A stretch of DNA of 64,000 nt from Fistulifera solaris (taxonomy: Eukaryota): assembly GCA_030295235.1 (NCBI GenBank), contig AP026143.1:124001-188000 (forward strand), given 5' to 3'. Shown here in pieces: positions 26,301-36,861 of the stretch (position 1 is its first letter; each line of letters opens with the position of its first letter). Both the position numbers and the translations under genes were made by a program. Under the pieces are notes generated by a model. It did not search any database. It saw only the letters and a program-made list of their open reading frames with translations, and had not been told where the DNA came from.

Positions 26301-29300
26301 CAAAGTTTTGCAGTCTCTCCTCCCCCGTCGGAAATGTTGCTGTTTGTTTTCTTGGTAACGATTGCTGATTTTGTTTTCTCTGGACTGACGGACGAAGCTC
26401 CATTTTGTCTGGACAAGGCTTGTTGATCGGTTTCATTTGTGAATCGACCGGCGGGCCCAAGCCTGTCTGACTCGACATCTATCCAGTCGATGTGACCTCC
26501 ATGTTCAGAAAAATCGACTTTTACTCTTTTACTGGCCACACGAAGATCCTCGTCTCGAGAAGTAAATTGGTTTTCTTCGTCCGACGTATCTTCATCAATG
26601 ATATCGACGGCGAGAATTTTAACCGGATACCAGCGACCGGTTGAATCCATTGCGTCGACTTTCAAATCGATAAGCTCAGGAGGTCGTATCATGGGATTAC
26701 CATCGACATCGAAACCCTGCAGCATTCGCCTAAACTCGATTTCTTCTTCCACCAGCTTCGAGCGTGGCCTGCTTTCGCTGCTGCTTCACGAGGCCATATT
26801 AGCTCACCATCTTTATTCTGGACCGCAAATTCCAACATGAGGCGATCTTGGTTAACCATACCGCTACTTTCAACGGTCGAATCATCCGTATATGTTCGCC
26901 AATTATTCACGAACCAATTAATGTCAGGATGCTCCACATTGCTTTCCATGACAGCAAGATTGGGTATCGTGGCGTATCTATTTTTACAAAGTAAGTTCCA
27001 TGGTCCATAACGAGACATTGGGGTTTCAAATCCATAACATTTGTCCGTTTCCATAGGCGAGCTCTTCCTGTTCCATCGAGACCAAACGCCTTAAACGAAT
27101 CGAATGTAAATCTCCTAACAGCTTCGGAGAGCAGCCTCCATAAAGGTTCTTCGGGTGTCACCATGACATGAATTGAAGTCAGCCCTACATCACCCCTTCG
27201 GTAGGGTTGAGCGGAATCGCAAAGCTGGACGTTTACAACCCACGGATGAGAGGCGACAGAAATCGAGTCAGGCATACGCGGCACACGCTGAACTCTATCG
27301 GAACCCGACCGCCCTAAAGATCCACTATGTTCATTTCCATTTCCGTTGTATATTGGTTCCTTCCTTTTTTCTTCCCACTGACATCCTTACTTATATCCAT
27401 TTCTTTCACAGATAGCAGCCGAATGGCTCGTGGTAGTGGAGGACCGCCACCGTATAACTCATAGAGCACATTCCAGACCCCAGGCGGTACAAGAATGTAA
27501 TCCTTATTTCTCTGCAGCCCATTTTTCATCATTTCGTAAGACCCCAGAGCTCCGGAGATGTACACCCCGTCATCGTCAGTTTTTTCCACAAGTCGATAAT
27601 TGGACAAACTTCGAGGACGCCGTAGACGAGTTTTTCGAACAGGCCGCTCCCCAACCCAACTCCATGCCACATACGAGCACCAGGTGTTCCACCACTCTTG
27701 GTCAATACAGTATAAAATCCCATGCCCTGTTCCACCGCCGCCATCAACTCCTCCTATGCCGCCCCAAACTTGGTTGTAAAAGTCATCAAAAGGAGATTGG
27801 GACCGTGTCATTGACAAACTCCTTTGAGCTTCTATAGTTGGTGTATCTTCTATCCTGGCATCGTGATTTGATTCGTAAATATCACTTGTTAATGATTGCT
27901 GGTGCTGGTTCCATAGCGCCCATTCAGAAGCTACCCACCGCGCCTCGTCAGCGTGCGATGATAGAACTCCCGCAGCGAAAATTCTATGCATCACGAGTTC
28001 TAAAAGCGCGTCATCTACAGAATGCTCAAGCCACTCATCAAATTCTTGTAGCGTAAAATGCGACTTTGCTTCTGGATCTGTGGAATAACTTGCGATGGAT
28101 TTCTCAAGCCTTGCACTCGATTTCAAGATATCTTCAGTGTACATGTCAGGTACCATAACATTCATTCTGTCTTGTAGCTTCGGAGGAAACCCTGACTCTA
28201 CATCCGACAGAGTTGGTTCCTGCTCTGCCCAGGACGACTTTTTCTGTTGGCTTTTGTACAATATCCAAAAGAAATGTATGCAGATTTTTCACAGCAATTT
28301 TCAACGGTCTGCGAGATTGGCTGGCGACAAAATTGTGTTTTCGCCGCGTCTTTGCAGTCGGTTGAACAGGCAAGAATGCATTTCCGAAATAATGGTAATG
28401 AATCAGAGAGGCCAGACTAACAACTGTGTTGTTTCCGGTCTCCAGTAGCCATACTGGAGCACCACCGGCTGGATGGAGAGTCAAAAACTCCGGGAGATCC
28501 GAAAGAAGTAGATAGAAGAGTAGATGCAGACGCTGCGACCTGGTGCCCTCAATAGCCAAAGCAATGATTGCTGCTAAAGCCTGGAATGTAACACCCGGCG
28601 GAGGAACAGCTGGATCCGTTATTTCTGGTACTACGCTCGGTCGAGGCATGGTCCATCCCTTGTCCCTCTTGTTTACATCCATTTCTAATCCAGCCGCTTC
28701 GGCTGCATGACTGGCGGCAAGTGTGACGCGCTCCCAATCGCTGTTCGACAAGTGCAACAATATCAACTCCAGATTTCTCAACACCAAATCACTCCACGCG
28801 TAACTGTCTGAATCCGAATTACCGTTCAAGGTAGCCAAGTTGGGTACGTTCAGGTTCGAGGCGGAAAGATTCAAGTTTTGATTGCTACTATTCCTTCGCG
28901 GAGCCGGCGTTGGCTTCGTATGAAACGACGGACACCATGCCGCTACGGGGAGTACCCTCATCCATATCGATGGGTGCAAGAGCCGCATTTTGTCGGCCAT
29001 TAACTTGGCATCGGAGGCCACTTGTCCGTTTTGGTTGCTGACAATTTTGGCCAGTACGGATCCACCCGAATTGGGCAGTGCCGCAAACGTCGCCCGTACT
29101 TTACGCTGCAACCATGTGATCTGTACAGCGCTGAGTCGATTAATCGTCTTATCGAGCAGCATATCCAGAACGGATGGAACGTCGACAGGGTCGACTAAAT
29201 GCGGCGAATGTGTTTCCCACAAACGCTTCCATTGCGATTCTAACATCGATCGGCTCGTGTTGTGTGGCGGGGTCTGAAAATGCCCTTGCGTCCTTTTCTC

Positions 29301-29482
29301 AGGATTTGGCGTAACATTCTCCGGCACAGCAGTCGGAGGATTAGCCCATGAATCCAATCTCGCACGCGTTTGCGGCGGATTGGGTGAGCCATTTCGAACA
29401 TTCGATGATCCTTTCGATTTGCGAGTCAGGGAAGAAACGGAAGCAGAATCCGGTACAGCATTTTTGACTGACAAGTTCCCAT
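23327..29482 (-). CDS. Ubiquitin-specific protease (peptidase C19) with DUSP domain, USP32/USP15-like; N-terminus MGTCQS
   Basis: Cys box GLTNLGNTCYMNSALQC, QQDAQEFL, His box YDLIGVVNHYGSMTGGHYIA and WLQFDDE...AYVLFYRR. DUSP motifs IDQEWWNTW and DYILVPPGVWNVLYELYGGGP. Intron near 25795-25853. ATG at 29482 needs a 1-base correction at T5 29461-29465. Confidence 0.9.
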
Positions 29483-30325
29483 TTTTCGGCAGTTAAATGC
29501 TTGAAAGTTAATAGTTGTACCAAGATTCAAACACTGCTATCGTGCGGTGAAATCAGTGACAGAAGATGACGACAGCGCTATGCAATCGATGTTTCGCACT
29601 GCCAGTGATGATCTGTTTGTCTCGCGTGTGAGCTCTTTCTTGCTTCAACGAAACCACAAAGCAAAGATTGATTGACTTTCGTCATTTACAACCTTTATCA
29701 TCCGAATGCCCTCATCGCTCCGGAAAAAGAGGGGCAAAAGCACATCTTCCCGACGTCGAAAAGCGAAAGCATCGGCCGTCGGTTTTTGCGCGGTGGGAAA
29801 GTACGTGTACCTTCGGCACGTGGCCGAAAACAGTAGAAAACGCTATACTCCAAGCGACAAAACGGTGACGAGGACAGTAGCAAACAATTGTAGCGGCATA
29901 CGTGGCAGAGCTCACAGTAGATTGTAGTCTTCATTTTCTGCTTTCTGGTTTTGTTAAAGTTTACAAATACCGAGTACCGAGTGCCGAGTACCGACTGACT
30001 CCGTATTTGGTTTACAGTAACCGTTAACTGTTTACAGTCACGTTTTGTAAGTCACGCTAACACGCATAAACCGTTAGACCGTTAGACCTAACCTTAAACA
30101 ACTCTGTGATGATGACTGTATACTGTACTCCGTATTACGTATTGCGTATTACGTAGCTTTCTTACCGCACTCTACGTGTGTCATTTTTTGCGTCCTCACA
30201 AGAGATCCTTGCGACGCTGCGCGCTGAGTTACACGACGATCGATAATGATGTTGTGATGCAAACCTGGTATAACACAGCTTGAAAGTCGTCGCCGATCTT
30301 GCAATTTAACTTATTTGAATACGAC

Positions 30326-32894
30326 ATGGAGGCAAACATGGAGGCTATCGATGAAAAGCTATCGACGGCGGAAGTTTGCAAGCGCATTCAAACCGCTCTC
30401 GACAACATGGGCCGCGCCCTCAAATGCCCCGTCTGTCTATCGACACTCCGAGACAATCCTGTCGTTTTGTCGTCGTGCGTCCATGCATTCTGTCAAAGTT
30501 GCTTGACTCGCTCGTTTGAATCATCGACGAAAGAAACTTGCTGTCCGATTTGCAAAGTTCCGTGTCATCGACGACGCAGCGTGTCGGAAGCACCGTTTCT
30601 CGGAAAGCTGGCGCATGCCTACCAGCGCACGCTCCGCCATTTTGGTCTGACACCCGTGAAATATACAACCTCCTTACCCTTGCTGACGCAACTCGGCCCC
30701 GAAGAGAATGGTAGTCAGCAAGAGGATGATGTAGCCATGGTGCATCGCCATTTTCAAGTGAGCAAGACGTTTGAACTGGCCATGCGTCAGGATAAACTGG
30801 CCTCGCGCAATACCATTCTGCAACAACATCAATCCGTCGTAGAAGCCAACGGCAAAGTGCTCCTGGAAACGATTGTAAAACGCAAGATTGTCGACGGGAA
30901 GAAACCTACGGTTCACTTTCAAGTGAATCCAGCTACTTTGGCGCACTCCGAGACCGCGATGGAACCCACGAAAGAGAAGAAGGGTGAATTGATTTTGACA
31001 GCGCAACAAGACAAAACGAACAACATTGCTGACCGCAACGTCAATTCGTCCGAGTCGACCCGTGCTACTTTGCCAGCTGAAGAAACCACGAAGGATGACG
31101 ACAAGAATATTTCAAACAAGCCATGCTCGAAGAGCACACCTTCCTCCGGAGAACAAAAGCTAGCGATACGAAGCTCGGCTTCCAAAATGTCAAGCCATTT
31201 TCAGTCACTGTCTCCGATTGCGCCAAACGAAAGCCCGACGCTGAAGCGAACCACTGGAGAAACAATCGGAGCGGTCGATGAGAGTGTGTTGGCCGAGGGA
31301 AACTCCGAGCAACGAATCAATGCAATCTTTCCGCATCGGCCTAATCCGGAAAGCGGCAACGACGTACCCGCTCCTCTAGAAGCAACTCCTCTACGGACAG
31401 AGACACTTGACGGGGAAAATACGACGCCTCTTCTTGAACCGAAGACCGCGACAAAGACCTTGGGTTACAAGGCCAAGGCACGCCTTCAGACACCCGAAAC
31501 GGACAAATCATCGGAATCCATCTTCTCAGATTCCAAAATCCTGGCCACCGCATCCTTCAAAGTTGGAGATATTATTGCTGTTAAGCCCAGAACTTGGCCC
31601 GGAATCAACAAACAAGGCGGTATAGCGAAAGTTATCAAAGTAAACGAGGACAATTCCTATGACGTGTCCTATGTTCTCGGTGGCAAAGAAAAAAGGGTTG
31701 ATGCCGTGTTCTGCTCGATCCATGATGATTCTTTACCTGATCGGAAAAAGACGCCATACCTGTATGCTTGCTTCAACAGCTGGCCTCGGAGGGATTTGAC
31801 GTACAGGGCGATCAGAGAGTAGAGCAACCCGCAACCGAGCCAGCAAGTGATAAAGCGCGCACCGTGGCGGACAAAAAGTGTGAGCGCGTCTCGATAAAGC
31901 GTAAAAAAGTGGCCGATAAGGAAGAGCGACAGAAACGGCCAAAGGTGGAAAAGAGAAGTGAAGTCGCAAGTTTACAGGCGCCTTTCCTTGACAGTTTACT
32001 GGGTATGTCTTCACTTGAACTGAGTTCCTTGGCAGATTCTCTGTATAAATATCGTCTTGACGCAGCGATCAAAAGAAAAGAGATTGTCGTGCTATCTTCT
32101 GGTTTACCCGACTACGATTTAGCTCAGTTGAAGGAATTGGAGAAACGCTCGAAGAGATGGGAAGGTAAGAGACATTGAAATGCCGAACATCTGTATCTCT
32201 TCTGTTGCTTATGCTTTCATTTAGTTGCAGTAAAAATATCCAGTACTTTCAACGCGAAGCGAGTCACTCTCTGTCTTACACCTGTCAGCAGTAAAGGCGG
32301 CAGTGCCATTGCTCACCGTCGAACTATGAAAGGAATGCAATGTGCTGTTGCGGGCGTTCCAATTGTAAGTTGCGAATGGATTCACCAATGCCTTTCCGCA
32401 TCAATAATTATGCCTCCTCCATCTTCAATGTATATTCGGGCGCTTCCAGCAAGTGTAAGCTCGTCTGAAAATAATGGTGTCGCTTTGTTAGCCGCATACC
32501 AACAGCAGTTCCAGTGGCGCCCGTGCCTCTGCGAGAGAGCCACGTTTTTCTGTCAGGAATAAGTGCCGAAAAGCAGAAGGATACAACTTTGATTCTCCGA
32601 GAAGCTGGAGCTACTGTTGTTGCAAGCGCTCCAGCGCTAATGAAGATGCTAAACAATGAACAAGAAATAGCATCAGGAAACAGTGCAGCTAAAGTTGTCT
32701 TAGTTTGCGATGATGTCCTCCCACGGAATATTGCATCGAGCCTCGAATCACTCCAACGTATCGATCACGTCTTAATCGTCAATTCATCGTGGGTTTTTGA
32801 CAGCATCTGTGCCGGACAAAAACTTTCCGCGGTGGACTATCCGCCCTCACACCACTCTGCTAGACTTTTCTGGGAACGACAAAGTGCCCTGTGA
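30326..32894 (+). CDS. BRCA1/BARD1-like protein: C3HC4 RING, Tudor/SH3-like module, tandem BRCT
   Basis: RING CPVC...CVHAFCQSC...CPIC at the N-terminus. BRCT motifs RTMKGMQCAVAGVPIVSCEWI and LIVNSSWVFDSI. Intron 32165-32223; frameshifts near 31750 and 32518. Confidence 0.8.
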
Positions 32895-33106
32895 TTTCGG
32901 TCCACGTAGAACCTTGTTCGAAGTACGAAATGAAGGCGATTTACTATTCCAATACACTAGAAGGGGCATTTGCAATTCAATTGGGCTTACAATATTTGTT
33001 ATGAACTAATGGCAATTTGTGTCTCTCTCTTATGCACCTTTGAACGACGCAGTTCGGGTCTTGATTTATTGATTATGAATGGCGATGGAAATCGTCTGTT
33101 GATATC

Positions 33107-34831
33107 TTACATGGCTCCGGCTTCTGCCATGCTCAAATCACCCGTGGCCATGACATCATAGATGCAAGCATCGCGAGTTTCCTCATCCCAGTCACTGCAG
33201 GCTGCGGAGGCTTCTTCGAAACTCATCATAGCTTCTGCCAGTTGACGCCGACTAGTCATTTTGTGCTCGGGCATCAAACAAAGCTGTGGGTACTGGGGTC
33301 CTTTTGCTTCTTGGAAAAGCATGTCTTCCCCATCGGTCACTTGCCAGCTCAATCCAAACTCGTCCGTGTCTTCAATTACGCGTCCATTGCGCCCCACCAA
33401 ACTTCCGTCGACGAAGGAACCCATCAAGCCATAGCTATCAGCGAAGCCGTCCCTGTGTGCGTCGTCAATTTGCACCGCTAAAAACTCATTGAACACTTTG
33501 ATGATGATTTTACCGTGAAGTCCCATGTCCACTTCGAACTTGTGTCGGCGCGCACCGTAATGTAACAAGGCAATGGGGAAGCCTCCAATGGTTGATGGGA
33601 GTGCTGCACCAGCCACGTCATTTAAATAGTAAAATCCCTGCTGGCCGATTTCCAAGACGTCGGAACCAATGCGCAAGGCAGCCGCAGCAATAAAAGACCA
33701 GTCATCTCGCATTTGTGTGCGAACCTGAATCTCGAGACCTTTTCCATTATCAAATGAACTGCTCTTGACCAAAAGAAGATCACAAGCACCGTGAAAATCG
33801 TAGACCTGACCTGACCATGTCTTGTAATGGGGGTCACCGAATCCAGAGCTGCTGCGTGCGGGGTCCTCAGGTAGGGCTGGTTCTGCGGGGTCGTCGGGCA
33901 GGGCCTCAGCTGCGGGCAAGGCCGGCGACGCAGGCTCCTCAGGTGAAGCAGGGGATTCAGGCTCGTCACCGATGCCGTTGAGACCGGCACCAGAAAGATT
34001 CAAAGACGGATCTTCTTCTTCACTTGGACTGTCAGGCACGGATGGCGACGCCGGGGCCTCAGGTAAGGAAGGAGATTCTGGTTCGTCAGCGATGCCATTG
34101 AGACCGGCCCCATTCAATGACGGGTTCTCTGGTTCACTTGGACTATCAGGAGTGGCTTCGGTAGCCGGTTGCGCAGGCTGGCTGGGAACTTCAGGAGTCG
34201 GATTCTCAGGCTCGGTGGGTACCGTCGGTGTTTCTTGTTCTTCTGCAGGAACAGGGACGCTTGGTGTAATTGGCTCTTGAGGAGGCTCAGGTACGCTTGG
34301 CTTGGTGCACCCTTCGAAGTATTTCACCGACTTGTATTCTCCAGACTTGCCGGTACTGGCAGTGTTGCCGAGCACTTGCCCTTTATTTCCCCAGTTTGCG
34401 TGAATTTCAATTTGTGATCCTTTGGCTCCATTCGGAACGGCAAAGCATGCTTCGTAGCCGATAGCCTTGTTGTCCTTGCCCCTGACGTATGCGAATGCAC
34501 CAGGAATGACGGAGTTTGAATATGAGTAGTCTTTGAACCACGAATTATCATGACTCTCAGCAATTTCGAGGGTATCGGAGACGGTCTTGACGAGAATACA
34601 GAATCGATTGGTCGGGCAATCCATCTTGGTATACGCCTTGGCCACCAGTTGGTAGTTCTTCTTTGACTTGTCTGAGCAATTGCCGGCGTTGCACATGTCG
34701 GCGAAATAGTCATCTTCTGTCCAGTCGCCGATCATACCTTCAATGTTGACCAGTTCACGAGACATGTTGCCTCGGAGCGATGATGCGCTGGCGACGGATA
34801 GAATGGGGAGAATGCTTGCGAGAAACTTCAT
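33107..34831 (-). CDS. Secreted protein: Cys-containing N-domain, Pro/Glu/Ser-rich repeat stalk, GDPH-type VWD domain
   Basis: Signal peptide MKFLASILPILSVASAS. VWD motif GFGDPHYKTWSGQVYDFHGACDLLLV, plus GLMGSF and C-terminal ACIYDVMATGD. RxL motifs SREL and RRQL. Confidence 0.88.
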   Translation of the reverse strand: MKFLASILPILSVASASSLRGNMSRELVNIEGMIGDWTEDDYFADMCNAGNCSDKSKKNYQLVAKAYTKMDCPTNRFCILVKTVSDTLEIAESHDNSWFKDYSYSNSVIPGAFAYVRGKDNKAIGYEACFAVPNGAKGSQIEIHANWGNKGQVLGNTASTGKSGEYKSVKYFEGCTKPSVPEPPQEPITPSVPVPAEEQETPTVPTEPENPTPEVPSQPAQPATEATPDSPSEPENPSLNGAGLNGIADEPESPSLPEAPASPSVPDSPSEEEDPSLNLSGAGLNGIGDEPESPASPEEPASPALPAAEALPDDPAEPALPEDPARSSSGFGDPHYKTWSGQVYDFHGACDLLLVKSSSFDNGKGLEIQVRTQMRDDWSFIAAAALRIGSDVLEIGQQGFYYLNDVAGAALPSTIGGFPIALLHYGARRHKFEVDMGLHGKIIIKVFNEFLAVQIDDAHRDGFADSYGLMGSFVDGSLVGRNGRVIEDTDEFGLSWQVTDGEDMLFQEAKGPQYPQLCLMPEHKMTSRRQLAEAMMSFEEASAACSDWDEETRDACIYDVMATGDLSMAEAGAM

Positions 34832-35240
34832 AGTCAGTAGCTTGAATGATTTCCGAAATCTACGATGCGAATGAATATTCGCTTTCAAATAATTGTGAGC
34901 AGAAAATGAAGGCGGAGGTGCTGGTCGGGGATCGAAGTTCGAAGTTCACTGGTAATAGAAATATCCGAAAATCGGGGTTTTTACTACACTATCACCGGTT
35001 TTCAGTATCAGGCAAAGCTTAATGCAATGAGGTCATTTACAGTCATAAACGCAAACCACCTCCTTGCGAAGAACGCCACACGCCACAGATACTCCATACT
35101 GATTACTGATAAAGTGTAGCTGGCCTAAAACCCATAAGTCATAAGTATCTCAGAGAGTCATAGTGAAATTCGCCCTACACCTAAGCCCACAGCCCATACA
35201 CTACACACTACACATCCTAAATCCTAAAGTACATCCTGCA

Positions 35241-35470
35241 TTGTGACTTGTGACTTGTGACATGTGACATGTGACATCACACATCACATCATGATTTGTG
35301 ACTTGTGACTTGACTTGTGACTCAATTTTCTTTACAATAAAGAGGTAAATGACAGATGACAATGACAGCGGTGACCGGTGACAGGTGACAGGTTGATACC
35401 GAATGCCGACCACGACGACAGACGAGTATGATGAGTGATGAGGGTGATGAGTGATGAGTGATGAGTGGTG
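35241..35470. repeat. Stuttered short tandem repeats: (TGTGAC[T/A])n, (GTGACAG)n, (GATGAGT)n
   Basis: Read directly upstream of the VWD gene. Confidence 0.85.
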
Positions 35471-35607
35471 CGCCATGAGCTGTGAGCTGGCTTGCGGCGA
35501 CTGGCGAGCAACTTACGAGAGAACAAAGGGCGCAGGAGACGGGAGCACATCAAGGCACTGAGTCACATCGTCATCTCTATCCTCTATCTTCCTCACTGAG
35601 TACTTGA

Positions 35608-35651
35608 GCACCGCCTAGAAAAAATACGGCCGTATTTTTTCTAGGCACCGC
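35608..35651. repeat. 30-bp perfect palindrome flanked by 7-bp direct repeats
   Basis: GCACCGC (35608-35614), then CTAGAAAAAATACGGCCGTATTTTTTCTAG (35615-35644), then GCACCGC (35645-35651). Confidence 0.9.
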
Positions 35652-36074
35652 TGCAGCGATCAATTGAACCGTCAAACAGAAAAATGACTGATCTATGATC
35701 GGAACCAGCAAAGCAACACCGATAGAATTATCAAAACACATTGTGCCTTTGTAAACTTGCGGCTCACAAGCTACGAACATAAAGCGGAAAATAGAGGAGC
35801 GCAACTATCTTCGAACTTTTTGCTGCCATTTCCGCTCCTTGTTTCTGCTGTTTTGATGATCATTTGAAGTTGTTCATTGTGGTGACATATTTGTTGCCTT
35901 CAAAGGAAACCTTAGGCATTTACTTCTTCCCGGAGCACAAGTCGTAAGTGGAGCTAGCTAGAGCTAAGCTAGAGCTACTGTAGTTTCAAAGCAAGCTTTG
36001 TCTGTCCGTTTGACGTGTGACTAGCTTACCTACAGAGAAGCGGAGAGTGATGAACAATCGATATTTTTCTGATA

Positions 36075-36861
36075 CCATTCGGGTCAAATGAGTTTCTGAG
36101 TACTGTAAAATATATAGGACACGATTACTATATACATTAGTGTATTTTTACGACAGAAATCGTATACCGTGTCAAAATCCACCGTTTTTTCCTCCTCCGC
36201 ACCACGATGATATCGCGGTTAAACCATGGTCTTTCGACGATGCACATTGGAGTTGTTTGTGGTGCTGCTTGTGTCGTTTTGCACCATTCGAACAAACGAG
36301 AGCAGGTTGATAGAATGGCGCAAAACATCACAAGGAGAACCACAGAGTGCCGAGTTTTCGGAGTTCTGTTTGGTCGCGCGAAACATGAGCTTCGACATGC
36401 ATTTAAAGCAAAAAGGTGCTTAAAGTCCATCTCTCATAACAAAACTTAGAAATAGTGTAAATTACTATAAACGATACCCATTGATGAAAGAAATCCAAAG
36501 AGAACCTTCATTTCGGTATCGAAGGCTGAGATCGTTGTGTCGGGAGGAATTTTTCCTGTCCTCCACAGGCGATCATAAATCTCCGCAATCTATCAAGCTG
36601 CTGTTGCGTGGCCGCACCGTTCTGTCGCTCTTACGTCGTTTGTTCGAATGGTGCAAAACGACACAAGCAGCACCACAAACAACTCCAATGTGCATCGTCG
36701 AAAGACCATGGTTTAACCGCGATATCATCGTGGTGCGGAGGAGGAAAAAAACGGTCGATTTTGACACGGTATACGATTTCTGTCGTAAAAACACACTAAT
36801 GTATATAGTAATCGTGTCCTATATATTTTACAGTACTCAGAAACTCATTTGACCCGAATGG
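36075..36861. mobile_element. Non-autonomous DNA transposon (MITE/foldback-like) with ~225-bp TIRs and flanking TA
   Basis: 36075-36299 is the reverse complement of 36636-36861, with 2 substitutions and one homopolymer indel by eye. Ends read TA|CCATTCGGG...CCCGAATGG|TA. The 336-bp spacer has no long ORF. Confidence 0.88.

Noticed and set aside
36137..36852. Short ORFs inside the inverted-repeat element as a transposase
   Set aside because: They are mirror-image products of the TIRs with no DDE or HTH motifs. A faint likeness of LDRLRRFMIACGG to Tc1 C-termini is too weak to call.
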